This document shows, piece by piece, positions 9,816-19,095 of a stretch of DNA of 64,000 nt (position 1 is the stretch's first letter; each line of letters starts with the position of its first letter). This DNA is from an uncultured bacterium (GTDB taxonomy: Bacteria; AUK180). Below the pieces are notes generated by a model, which saw nothing but the letters and a program-made list of their open reading frames with translations, was not told where the DNA came from and did not search any database. The stretch spans positions 1 through 64,000 of the forward strand of contig CALMGJ010000009.1 in the NCBI GenBank assembly GCA_937863565.1, given 5' to 3'. A program made the translations under genes and the position numbers.

Positions 9816-11215
9816 AGTTCCCTCAATATCCTCTGTTTGATTTTTCCGCATTCGCGAAGCGAGGCGGTATCCTTGAGCTTGCCGAAGATATTTTCGGCTT
9901 CAGTGATATTCCACAATGCCGCTTCAAACCGTCCTGTTCTGAAAAGGCATTCTCCGGATTCCTGGAAGAGCACGGCCGTTGAATCCAATTCGAGCTGACG
10001 CCGGGCGCGCAGAGATGTGCGAAAATACTCAAGCGCTTGAGCATATTGGCCGGAAGCTGCGCAGAGACGGCCGAGCTCAAGGCGGTTTTTAGCCGCTTCC
10101 TTTCTATACTTCATCTTTAAACAGACCGCGAGCGAACGCCGGTAGTATAAGGATGCCTTTTTTCTTTCCTTAAGAGAACGGAGCGCATTGCCCATATTGG
10201 TCAGACTTTTAGCTTGTCCCTGAAGATTACCGAGGCTTTTCTCCAGAAGGTATGAGGCGCGGTGCATCGTGAGCGCCTTTGACGGCTCTTTTTTTGAATG
10301 ATATACAGCGGCGATATTGTTAATTATGATCGCCTGGCCTTTTTTGTCCCCCAGTGATGTTTTTATTTCCAGGGAGCGGAAGTAATATTTCAGTGCTTCA
10401 TTATAACTGTGAAGCTCATCATAGACAAGTCCCATATTCCCCAAGGTTGCCGAGATACCTTTAATATCTCCTATGTCTTTTTTTATTCCATATGATTCCC
10501 TGAATTTTTTCAATGCCGGACCGTATTCTGAAAGGTAGTATTTCATGAGCCCGATATTGTTCAGATTCGAGGCAATGCTCTTTTTATCTCCTATTGAACG
10601 GTTCATTTTCAGGGACATTTCGTAAAAATCTATTGCCTTTTTATAATCTGAAGTAATATGGCACACATTGCCGAGATTGCCGTAATTAACTGCCTGACCG
10701 GCAATATCCTTCAGCCGGGCGCAGATATTGAGACTTTTTCTGAAATCCCTGAAAGCCCGGGAATGGTCCCCCTGCGAAGCGCTGAGATATGCAGAGCGCT
10801 CCAGAAGGGCGCGGGTGATCGGAAGGGGTGTTCCGGTCTTTTTCAGTTCGTTTTCCGCGGCGTCGTATTCCACCCGCGCTCGGTTGTAATCCCCCTTCAG
10901 ATAATAGTAGTATCCAATAAGTATCCGGGCTTCGGCAGCGCCCTCTTTGTCCCCGAGGCGACAGAAAATCCCGAGGGCCGTCTTTCCCGAAGAAAGCATT
11001 TTGCCGTATTCACCGGCATTGCAGTAGAGATAACCCCTCATCACGGAGAACCCGGCTTCGTATTTTCTGTTGCCCGTTCTTTTCGAGACGAGCGATCCGG
11101 ACAATATATCCGCGAGTGCTTCGCCGTTTTGGCCTATGAGTTTATACACATCCGATCTTTTTGTGTACGCGGAGAGAAGAAGGATTGCAAGATGCGGATA
11201 TATTTTGTGGATCAT
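9800..11215 (-). CDS. Tetratricopeptide repeat protein
   Basis: GNLGNV, NNIGLM, GNMGLVY, TNMGNA repeats; ATG 11215 lies just downstream of a promoter. Confidence 0.85.
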   Translation of the reverse strand: MIHKIYPHLAILLLSAYTKRSDVYKLIGQNGEALADILSGSLVSKRTGNRKYEAGFSVMRGYLYCNAGEYGKMLSSGKTALGIFCRLGDKEGAAEARILIGYYYYLKGDYNRARVEYDAAENELKKTGTPLPITRALLERSAYLSASQGDHSRAFRDFRKSLNICARLKDIAGQAVNYGNLGNVCHITSDYKKAIDFYEMSLKMNRSIGDKKSIASNLNNIGLMKYYLSEYGPALKKFRESYGIKKDIGDIKGISATLGNMGLVYDELHSYNEALKYYFRSLEIKTSLGDKKGQAIIINNIAAVYHSKKEPSKALTMHRASYLLEKSLGNLQGQAKSLTNMGNALRSLKERKKASLYYRRSLAVCLKMKYRKEAAKNRLELGRLCAASGQYAQALEYFRTSLRARRQLELDSTAVLFQESGECLFRTGRFEAALWNITEAENIFGKLKDTASLRECGKIKQRILRELQLSQ

Positions 11216-11221
11216 CTTATT

Positions 11222-11250
11222 ATTATATGAATGAAATGCCTGAAAATCAA
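11222..11250 (-). promoter_or_regulatory. sigma70-type promoter, likely leaderless transcript
   Basis: TTGATT-17-TATAAT, then 6 nt to ATG 11215. Confidence 0.65.
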
Positions 11251-11273
11251 GGATTTCGGGAACGAATGCCGTG

Positions 11274-12131
11274 TTATTTAAAGGCAATGTTGAGAAACCG
11301 GCCTTTATCGTTCACGCTTGTTATCTTTCTGAAGCCGGTCTCTCTGAGTGCAGCGGAATAGGTCCTGAAATCAAAAACGATCCTGGGATTCATAATCTTT
11401 GCGACCTCTATCGCAAGTCCTTCTTTTCCCCTTACAAGGAATATGCGGGTATCCGAGATGCCGTTGTTTTCCTTTGCCGTTATCTCCAAAGCGTTTACTT
11501 CCAGTCCTTCATGCCTTGAGACGGGATATGAACCCGTTCCGCTTTTGTTCTTCCATTCTTGTTCGACGAGTTTTTTTAGATCGGTGATGCGCGGATTCAT
11601 CGCGCCGAAGATGAATATCCCTCCCTCATTGAGTACGGAATGAATGGCCCGCGCGGAGTTCCTGATGCACGAGATGGTCGGGGCCTCGTCGAAATAATCG
11701 CTTATAATGCAATCATATCTGGCGGGTACTTTTCTTTGGAGTTCTTCCCAGCGCGACCTGAAGAACCGGAGCTTCATTCCTTTTTCTTTGGCAAGGACCG
11801 GGGCATACTCAACGGCACTGCTGGCATCGGAACCGTGCGTTATATATCCCTCCTTGGCGAGGAGCACCGCCGTATAACCCAATCCGCACGTACAGTCGAG
11901 TATCGTTTTCACGCCCGTTCCCGAAAGGAATTCGAGCGCCGGAGACAATGCCTCCCTTTTTTCTCTCCACGCGTTTTTCATCCATTCTCTGCGCGAGTGC
12001 CAGGTCCATTTCCAAATTGTATCCCAGGAACTTTCTTCGTCTTTGCAGATTCTAATTGTAAGAGCCGGTTCGATCCTTAAAATTGTTTTATCCGTTTTTT
12101 CATTTTCTCCGTTTTTTATAAAACGGTTCAT
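11274..12131 (-). CDS. Class I SAM-dependent methyltransferase
   Basis: ILDCTCGLG motif I; GSDAS; LNEGGIFI. Confidence 0.8.
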   Translation of the reverse strand: MNRFIKNGENEKTDKTILRIEPALTIRICKDEESSWDTIWKWTWHSRREWMKNAWREKREALSPALEFLSGTGVKTILDCTCGLGYTAVLLAKEGYITHGSDASSAVEYAPVLAKEKGMKLRFFRSRWEELQRKVPARYDCIISDYFDEAPTISCIRNSARAIHSVLNEGGIFIFGAMNPRITDLKKLVEQEWKNKSGTGSYPVSRHEGLEVNALEITAKENNGISDTRIFLVRGKEGLAIEVAKIMNPRIVFDFRTYSAALRETGFRKITSVNDKGRFLNIAFK

Positions 12132-12171
12132 TTTACTCTCTCTTTCTATCCTTTAGTCCTTAACCTCTTTC

Positions 12172-12350
12172 TTCTGGCGGAGAGGGGCTTACTCCAGTTT
12201 GCGTTCAACGCGAACTGGAGAGATTTAGCGGTCACGAGTTAATGCTCCGCATTCCTCGCGACCCCGGCTCGGCTGTCTTCTGACATGCCTGCGCCTTTCG
12301 AATCTGCTGGGACACACCTTCGGAAAGGAATGTCCCGAATCCAGAAGCAG
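12172..12350 (-). other. Structured element ending in a duplicate of the tRNA-Ser 3' end
   Basis: TTCTGGCGGAGAG at 12172-12184 repeats 12431-12443; hairpins at 12192-12220, 12230-12263 and 12309-12336. Confidence 0.55.
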
Positions 12351-12433
12351 TTCATGTTTCTCTCTCTCATATCGATCTGTGTGATCCTTACCTCAACTAT
12401 TCACTGTTCACTATTCACTATTACTCGTATTTC

Positions 12434-12521
12434 TGGCGGAGAGAGAGGGATTCGAACCCCCGGTGCCTTTCGGCACAACGGTTTTCAAGACCGCCGCCTT
12501 CAACCGCTCGGCCATCTCTCC
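12434..12521 (-). tRNA. tRNA-Ser (anticodon TGA)
   Basis: Minus strand GGAGAGATGGCCGAGCGGTTGAAGGCGGCGGTC-TTGAAA-ACCG, long variable arm, GGTTCGAATCC T-loop, encoded CCA. Confidence 0.97.
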
Positions 12522-12604
12522 TCGGGGATATTCTTACATTTTTCGGGAAAAAAATCAATAACCGTTTCGGATGAAATTGAAAATTCGGCTTGAAAGAAGA
12601 GAAG

Positions 12605-12635
12605 AAAAAGGGCCCGGCTTTCCGCCGGGCCCTTT
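12605..12635 (-). terminator. Rho-independent terminator
   Basis: AAAGGGCCCGGC-TTTCC-GCCGGGCCCTTT hairpin with T-run on the minus strand, right after the lipoprotein gene. Confidence 0.8.
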
Positions 12636-12654
12636 GAAGATCATTTACTTAAGA

Positions 12655-13863
12655 TCAGGGTATATAGACGTGATAATCGTCCCTGTAATCCCCTTCCAGC
12701 CTGTTGTTCCCGTTGCCGTCCAGCGTATTGCCGTCCGTATCGGTGATCTTGTACGAAAAATTGTAATCTTCGGCATCGATATCATGTCCTTTTATCACTA
12801 TATAAGTGCGTAGATCGATCATATCGTCCTCTACCCACATCACATATTCTTCGTCGTCGAGCCAGACCGTATTGTAGTTGATCGTCGAATGGTCGAGATA
12901 ATCGTCCTCCGTTTTCGGCGTATCGAACCAGATCTGGATTATCTGATCGGTGTCCCGCCATGCATACCCTCCGTAGCGCAACGTGTCGACAAGATATTCG
13001 TAAGTATTGAACCTGATCTGGATATAATTGTCGTCATCGTTGTTGTTATCGTCCGATCCCGCATTTCCGTTGACATCCTCGACATTGCTCATATTGAGCG
13101 AGATCACATAATCGGTATTGACATTAAGCGCGGAAGAAGGCGTGATCCTGAACCGGGTATTCGCGGTCTGCGTGCTGACGGAGAAGCTGACCGAGGGCGT
13201 GAACGAGATATTCGCGGAAGTGATATCTCCGGGCACTACATCTTCGGCGAAATAGATGTCGAAATATTCGCCGGTGCCGACATCGCCGTAGTCGCCGTCA
13301 TCCCATTCATTATTGCCCTCCAGGACGGCCCTGATATAGGCTGTTGGTTTAGTGTAATCCATTGCAAAGCCCGTTGCACCCGGGTCCCACTGGCCGGTCC
13401 AGTCGGTCGCAGTGAAGTAGCTTACCGTAATCCCGGAATAATCCCCGTACGGACCGTGGCCGTTGGCATCCCTCGTAGCGGCGGGTACCTTGATGAGATA
13501 CGCTACGTCGTCATCGTAAGTAGCAGCAGTACGGAACTGGACTTCCCTCGCATTCAGCCAGTTGAAGGTGATGTTCAAGACCCTGTTCCCGAGAGTATTG
13601 TCGGCCGTGATCTGATAGATGTAAAGGTTCGTTTCAAATGAGCTTTTGTTCATATCCTGATCGAATACGAAATATCCCTCAAGATAATTAGGGGCTGCAC
13701 CGTCGAAATAGATGTTCCAGTCGTCAATATTGAAAAGATCGTGCGTTGCCGCCTTGGCGATATTCGCGTCCGTGGACGTGGGATCGTTATCCGGTTCGAA
13801 TATTTTGCACGAGGCAAAAACAAACAAAGCAATAATGATCATAAAAGAGATCAACTTTCTCAT
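12655..13863 (-). CDS. Lipoprotein with Ig-like (Big_5-type) domains
   Basis: Signal peptide with FASC lipobox; ITPSSALNVNTDYVISL and DxxGN motifs; RBS GGGAGG. Confidence 0.7.
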   Translation of the reverse strand: MRKLISFMIIIALFVFASCKIFEPDNDPTSTDANIAKAATHDLFNIDDWNIYFDGAAPNYLEGYFVFDQDMNKSSFETNLYIYQITADNTLGNRVLNITFNWLNAREVQFRTAATYDDDVAYLIKVPAATRDANGHGPYGDYSGITVSYFTATDWTGQWDPGATGFAMDYTKPTAYIRAVLEGNNEWDDGDYGDVGTGEYFDIYFAEDVVPGDITSANISFTPSVSFSVSTQTANTRFRITPSSALNVNTDYVISLNMSNVEDVNGNAGSDDNNNDDDNYIQIRFNTYEYLVDTLRYGGYAWRDTDQIIQIWFDTPKTEDDYLDHSTINYNTVWLDDEEYVMWVEDDMIDLRTYIVIKGHDIDAEDYNFSYKITDTDGNTLDGNGNNRLEGDYRDDYHVYIP

Positions 13864-13901
13864 AGAAGCCTCCCTTGTTCTAAACGTTCTCATAGCAGAG
13901 C

Positions 13902-15545
13902 TCAGAAGAAATAGCGCAGAGAAACGCTGAGCCACGTATTGAAGAGATCATCGAATTCCACACTGTTGAGCCTGGCCAGCGCTTCGAGGCAAAGGTTCTT
14001 GACGGGGCTGTAACTCACGGCAAGCCTGAAATTCGTTTCCTGCCAAACATCGGAATAGCTGTACTTATAGCTCGTATCGTAATAACCGTCGAGATCGTCC
14101 TCCCACCATGAGTCGTACGCATTGTCCTCCCACTCATGCCCGTGGCCGGACGTGAACGAATCAAGTATCCATTGTTCCGTCCATTTCGTCATATAGAATG
14201 TATGTTCGAGACCGATACGCCACAAAAGAACGGGCGAGCCTCTGATCTCGAGAGTGAAGGGGAAACTGACCGAGGATTCCTGGTCTTTTTCCATCACATC
14301 GTAGATATAGGAATACTCATAGGTATAGTGATAGTCGTCGGCAAGCCCGTCCCCGTCATTCTCGTCATACTGTTCGTAATACTGATAGGTCGAGGTATAT
14401 TCCGCTTTTCTTGTAGCAAATGGGTGATATTTTAATCCTGCGCCGAAACGCACCTTGTCGCTGAATTTCCTCTGATATCTTAAAAAGAGCGTCAGGGCAT
14501 TGTAAGAAGCCAGCGTGCCTGTCCTTGTTGTAGTATACTTTTCAATGTATGTGTCTGTCCATGTGTCCGAACCCTGTTTTTCTACGTACTGAACACTATA
14601 TTCATCTACATATTCATCGTCGTCCACTGTGGCGCCTACCGTATGGAAGCCGATGTCCAGGATAAGGAGCTGGTCCTTGAGCTTCTTGTAGAATATCCCG
14701 ATATCGAAATTAAGGCCAAGGCCGGAATAGCTCGAATCCCAGAGTAAGTCTTCGATATCCGATCCCGTATAGGTTTCATTTTCGTGAGTCTCCTCCGTAT
14801 GGCCCCTGTATTCATCGTATATCCAGTAGGAGTCCGTGAGCACATCGCCGTTTTTTACGCTGTTGATCGTAAGCACTCCCTCTAAAGTGAAATCGTCGTT
14901 CATCCTGTAAACGGAGCCGAGATCGATGTCCAGTTCGCTCCTTTTCTCCTCTTCATAATCGTATTCGTCATATACCTCTTTCCATGAAACATCTCCCGTT
15001 GAGATCTCCTGCTCGGTGTATTCGTAAATGTACTGGTATGTATCAGCGTATTTCGAAAGATAATACGCGATCCCCAGGCCGAGCTTGAGGTCCTTGGAGA
15101 ACTCCTTGCCGTAATCGAGGAAGAAGCTGTACGTATCCTGCAGATAATCTTCATATTCGCTCTCGTAGTACGGGGCCCGGATATCGTATATGCCGTCACC
15201 GGTATAATCCCAGAACTCTACATAACTGTAATCCTCGAACCAGCCCGAGGCATATCTGTCCTTCGTGAAATACACCGAAATGCCGCCGAATTTGTCCGAG
15301 ACATATTTCCGGTATGCTATCTCGAAACGTTCATAGTCATCATATTCGTCGTATTTCGTATACAGTTCCATTCCCCTGAAGGAAGAGAGTTCCGCCGGGT
15401 TAGCCATGATGAGGTCCCAGTCGTCCTGATAAAGGCCGAATGAGGCATCGCCCCAGAGTGTCTGAGGATCATCATAGAAAAACCCGAGCGCATTGAACGA
15501 GGTCGCGGTGAACGCGATCAGAAGCAGAAAACAGATCTTTTTCAT
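13902..15545 (-). CDS. Secreted Tyr/Asp/Glu-rich protein, probable outer-membrane beta-barrel
   Basis: Signal peptide, NPA motif, amphipathic strands, C-terminal LSVSLRYFF beta-signal. Confidence 0.65.
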   Translation of the reverse strand: MKKICFLLLIAFTATSFNALGFFYDDPQTLWGDASFGLYQDDWDLIMANPAELSSFRGMELYTKYDEYDDYERFEIAYRKYVSDKFGGISVYFTKDRYASGWFEDYSYVEFWDYTGDGIYDIRAPYYESEYEDYLQDTYSFFLDYGKEFSKDLKLGLGIAYYLSKYADTYQYIYEYTEQEISTGDVSWKEVYDEYDYEEEKRSELDIDLGSVYRMNDDFTLEGVLTINSVKNGDVLTDSYWIYDEYRGHTEETHENETYTGSDIEDLLWDSSYSGLGLNFDIGIFYKKLKDQLLILDIGFHTVGATVDDDEYVDEYSVQYVEKQGSDTWTDTYIEKYTTTRTGTLASYNALTLFLRYQRKFSDKVRFGAGLKYHPFATRKAEYTSTYQYYEQYDENDGDGLADDYHYTYEYSYIYDVMEKDQESSVSFPFTLEIRGSPVLLWRIGLEHTFYMTKWTEQWILDSFTSGHGHEWEDNAYDSWWEDDLDGYYDTSYKYSYSDVWQETNFRLAVSYSPVKNLCLEALARLNSVEFDDLFNTWLSVSLRYFF

Positions 15546-15571
15546 AGCACCTCCGTAAATGATGTTAAGGA

Positions 15572-15600
15572 ATTATAGCAAAATGTTGATTAAATGTCAA
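15572..15600 (-). promoter_or_regulatory. Perfect-consensus sigma70 promoter
   Basis: TTGACA-17-TATAAT on the minus strand; RBS GGAGGT before 15545. Confidence 0.85.
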
Positions 15601-15649
15601 TGTATTTGCCCGGCGAGCGGTCAACGAACTTTCCTAAGGCCTGTTTTTT

Positions 15650-15677
15650 TTGACAAAAAAACAAAAAAATATATAAT
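15650..15677 (+). promoter_or_regulatory. sigma70-type promoter for the rsfS-argS-valS operon
   Basis: TTGACA-16-TATAAT. Confidence 0.7.
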
Positions 15678-15691
15678 AATCGATAAAATAA

Positions 15692-16780
15692 ATGAACAAT
15701 GAGCTTATCAGAACATTATTTAAAAGCAAGAGCAATGAGATCCTGAACGATCTTCTCGAGATCACCGCCCTTAACGGGAATATGCGGGAATTCGGGAAAA
15801 GGATCGATTTTATTAAAAAGAAGCTTCCGATAAAAACCGAGATCGACCATTCCGGTAATGCGGTGGTGAGGCTCGGCAGCGGAAAAAGACATATTCTCAT
15901 CCCCGTAGGTATTGATGACGGTTATTTCTCCGAAGTTGACAAGCGCTTCAAGTTCTTTAAGAAGAACATCTACGGGCTTGGGATCTCGGATAATCTCAAG
16001 ATCGTTCTGGCCATTAAAGCGGCAGAGTTCCTTGCCGTAAACGATCCATACGGGAACCTTACCGTGAAATTCCTTTTCTACTGCGGGCAGCATTCCAATT
16101 ATGAGGGTCTTTCAAGTTATCTTGAACGCCCGGACGGTTCTTTGGGCATCACTTTGAACGGCACGTCGGTCAACCGGATCGGGACCAGGGAGATGAATTT
16201 CCTGCATCTTAGGATGTTCAAGAATGCCGAGGAGGGGAAAGAACCGTATTTCGCCCTTATGAGAAAAGTGTGCGAGATAGAAGAGGAGCTGCGCGACAAA
16301 TGGACGATCGGATTGAAAAAAGTTCTCTATCTTCCCCGGAAGGACTTCTATCCCCGCGTGGCCAGCATCGATATCGTGGTCACTTCAAAAGATAAAAACG
16401 CGGAAGAGGCGGTCAAGGACATCCTTCCCCTTCTTCCTAAAGACATCTTCCATTCGGCCGTATATAAATACAATGCCGCTGAATGGGAGGGAAAGGGCGC
16501 GGTTAAGAAGATCTTTGACGAAGCCCTCGAAGAGATCTCGAAAGACGAGGGGTTCACTCTGTTCCCTATAGAGAATTTCATCGCGCATGAAACCTCGGTC
16601 CTTAAGAAAGCCGGGCTTAATGCTTTCGACATAGGGCTTTTCACTTACACCCAGGGAGGGATGGATACCGAAGAGGTCGTGCTGCCCACGGTGAACATGG
16701 GTTTCAGACTGCTTTTCGCGATACTGAATAAGATCGATTCATCGGAGGAAGATATTGGAAAAAAACAGCAGATTGACTGA
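15692..16780 (+). CDS. Divergent M20/M28 peptidase-like protein
   Basis: IDHSGNAVVRLG and IYGLGISDN resemble the M20 fold; metal ligands look degenerate. Confidence 0.5.
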   Translation: MNNELIRTLFKSKSNEILNDLLEITALNGNMREFGKRIDFIKKKLPIKTEIDHSGNAVVRLGSGKRHILIPVGIDDGYFSEVDKRFKFFKKNIYGLGISDNLKIVLAIKAAEFLAVNDPYGNLTVKFLFYCGQHSNYEGLSSYLERPDGSLGITLNGTSVNRIGTREMNFLHLRMFKNAEEGKEPYFALMRKVCEIEEELRDKWTIGLKKVLYLPRKDFYPRVASIDIVVTSKDKNAEEAVKDILPLLPKDIFHSAVYKYNAAEWEGKGAVKKIFDEALEEISKDEGFTLFPIENFIAHETSVLKKAGLNAFDIGLFTYTQGGMDTEEVVLPTVNMGFRLLFAILNKIDSSEEDIGKKQQID

Positions 16781-17096
16781 TATGTGCAAACTCATAGACG
16801 AGAAAAGCGGATCCGACATCGTCGCGTACGATATTTCGCAGGAAGCGGCGTTCACAGATTTTTTCATAATAGCAACGGCGACCTCGAGACCCCACCTCAA
16901 GCAACTGCGGGAAGAAACGCATAAAATGATGAAGGAGAAATACCGCGAACTTCCTTACAGCACTGAGGGAGAACCCGACTCCGGATGGATCATAATGGAT
17001 TACAAGGATATCTTCGTTCATTTCTTCCTCTCGGAAAAACGCGAGTATTTCGATATAGAGAAGATCTGGGGGGTTTGCAGGAAGGTGAAGATTTGA
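16755..17096 (+). CDS. rsfS: Ribosome silencing factor
   Basis: DEKSGSDI, DFFIIAT, WIIMDYKDIFVHFF, REYFDIEKIW. Confidence 0.9.
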   Translation: MEKNSRLTDMCKLIDEKSGSDIVAYDISQEAAFTDFFIIATATSRPHLKQLREETHKMMKEKYRELPYSTEGEPDSGWIIMDYKDIFVHFFLSEKREYFDIEKIWGVCRKVKI

Positions 17097-17482
17097 AGAT
17101 CGAGATCGCACTTGAGGGGAAGATCAAGAACTCATTCATCAGGGACGCACTTCAGGAGTATATGAAGAGGATGAACGGAAAAGGTTTCCGGATCTCCGTG
17201 AAGGAGAGCGCCCGGATCGACTTTGAAAAGGCCGTACTCCTGAGCGAACACGGCAGAAAGCTCGATCCGGATAAACTGCAGGATTTTTTTAAAATGGGCA
17301 GGGAAAAGGAAGGGATCACCTTCGCCATAGGCGGGCCCGAGGGGTTCGCCCGGATGCCCGCGAAAGCAAGAACCTGGGCGATCTCTCATCTCACATTGAC
17401 GGCCGAACTTACGGCCGTAGTGCTGATGGAACAGCTCTACAGATGTTGGAGCGCCGAGAAAGGGAAGTTCTATGTTAGATGA
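17093..17482 (+). CDS. rlmH: 23S rRNA pseudouridine-1915 N3-methyltransferase (divergent)
   Basis: FAIGGPEGF, EQLYR; conserved position after rsfS; TTG start overlaps the rsfS stop. Confidence 0.8.
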   Translation: MKIEIALEGKIKNSFIRDALQEYMKRMNGKGFRISVKESARIDFEKAVLLSEHGRKLDPDKLQDFFKMGREKEGITFAIGGPEGFARMPAKARTWAISHLTLTAELTAVVLMEQLYRCWSAEKGKFYVR

Positions 17483-19085
17483 AAAACTGGCGGACATTTC
17501 CCGTTCAATATCATCCGCATTAAAAGACATTTACGGAGCGGATGCCGATACCACATTGAAGAGAGGAACAAGGCCGGGCATAGAGTTTTTCACTCCGATA
17601 TCCTTTGAGCTGGGAAAATCACTTGGCCTCGAACCACGAGATGTTGCGCAGAAGATCGCCTCCCGTTTAAAAATGGACGGGACCTTTTCGGCAACGGCAG
17701 ACGGAGCGTTTTTGAACATTTCGCTTTCGGGCGCGCTATATGCGGATTACTTCTCCCATTATCATTTTAAAACTTTTCCCGCGAACGGGAAGAAGATAAA
17801 TATCGAATTCATTTCAGCCAATCCCACGGGGCCTTTGAACGTTGTTTCCGGCAGGGCGGCTGCCGTGGGCCTGGCTCTTTCGTCGCTTTACAGGAAATTC
17901 GGATGGGAGGTCTCCCGAGAATACTATGTGAACGATCACGGCAACCAGATGAACATCTTCGCTTCATCCCTTCTGAAGGCCTATGCGGAAAGATTCAAAG
18001 GGGAAACGGCGGAATATGCGGAGAACGAATATACCGGCCCCTTCACCGGGGAGATCGCTGAAGAGATCGGGGATATTATCGAAAAGGCCCCGGGGGGCGA
18101 TCGAATAAAAAAAGAAGCGGTCAAGGCCGTGATCGGGCGCATCAAGGGAACGCTTAAGAACATATCACTTGATTTTGACAGATGGTTTTTTGAAAGTTCT
18201 CTTTATGAGACCGGAGAGAATGAAGGATATGTGCTTGACACATTGAGAAAGAAAGGCCTCCTGTACGAGAAGGACGGGGCGCTGTTCATTAAAAATACCG
18301 CGCTCGGCGATTCGCAGGACTGGGTCTTGAAAAAATCAAGCGGTGAGTATACGTATCTTTTCGGGGATATCATGTACCATATCGATAAATTCAGGAGGGG
18401 GTACGATAAGGCGATCAATATCTGGGGGCCCGATCATCTGAGCGGCGCAGTGCGCCTTATACGCGCTTTGACGGCGTTCGGGATACCCGAGGAATTTTTA
18501 AGCGTGATCATCCTCCAGCAGGTAAACCTGATCAAAGATGGCCGTAAAATACAGATGTCGAAAAGAACCGGGAATTTCATCGGGCTCGACGAGATCCTGG
18601 ATTCAGTCGGAGCTGATCCCACGAAATACTTCTTTCTTTCGAAAGGTACATCCCAGCATATAGATTTCGATTTCGACGCATTTGAGAAGGAGAGCGAGAA
18701 ATCGCCCGTTTTCTACCTTCAATACATGTTCGCGCGCATCAACGGGGTCCTTCTTAAAAAATACGGCGTCGACCTTGACGGGTTCCTTGATTCGGAAAAG
18801 GCCGACGAACTGGAGCTGGGGGAGATCTCCCCTATGCAAAAAGAGATCATTTATACCGTATATGTTTTGGAAGCTGTATGCGCCGAAGCATTGACAAAGA
18901 ACGAGCCGGCGATGGTAATGAATCACATGAACGAGATCGCCAAGAAATTCCACCGCTTTTATCAGGGGGAACGCATTCTCGGCTCGGAAAGGGAGGAAGA
19001 ACTTCTGGGGTTCATAGTGAAACTGGGGGGAGCCGTAAGGTCCGTTCTGACCTTCATGGGGATCAATGCCCCCCAAAGAATGTAA
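17472..19085 (+). CDS. argS: Arginine--tRNA ligase
   Basis: EFISANPTGPL, REYYVND.GNQ, WGPDH, MSKRTG, YLQYMFARI, C-terminal APQRM. Confidence 0.95.
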   Translation: MLDEKLADISRSISSALKDIYGADADTTLKRGTRPGIEFFTPISFELGKSLGLEPRDVAQKIASRLKMDGTFSATADGAFLNISLSGALYADYFSHYHFKTFPANGKKINIEFISANPTGPLNVVSGRAAAVGLALSSLYRKFGWEVSREYYVNDHGNQMNIFASSLLKAYAERFKGETAEYAENEYTGPFTGEIAEEIGDIIEKAPGGDRIKKEAVKAVIGRIKGTLKNISLDFDRWFFESSLYETGENEGYVLDTLRKKGLLYEKDGALFIKNTALGDSQDWVLKKSSGEYTYLFGDIMYHIDKFRRGYDKAINIWGPDHLSGAVRLIRALTAFGIPEEFLSVIILQQVNLIKDGRKIQMSKRTGNFIGLDEILDSVGADPTKYFFLSKGTSQHIDFDFDAFEKESEKSPVFYLQYMFARINGVLLKKYGVDLDGFLDSEKADELELGEISPMQKEIIYTVYVLEAVCAEALTKNEPAMVMNHMNEIAKKFHRFYQGERILGSEREEELLGFIVKLGGAVRSVLTFMGINAPQRM

Positions 19086-19095
19086 GGAGAAGATA

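Noticed and set aside
2711..12184. Integrative element anchored at tRNA-Ser spanning the TPR/ars region
   Set aside because: No integrase and no distal att copy found; the only duplicate is 259 bp from the tRNA.
12285..12593. 102-aa ORF across the tRNA
   Set aside because: Antisense to tRNA-Ser (the [10 protein letters not shown] translation is a typical tRNA shadow).
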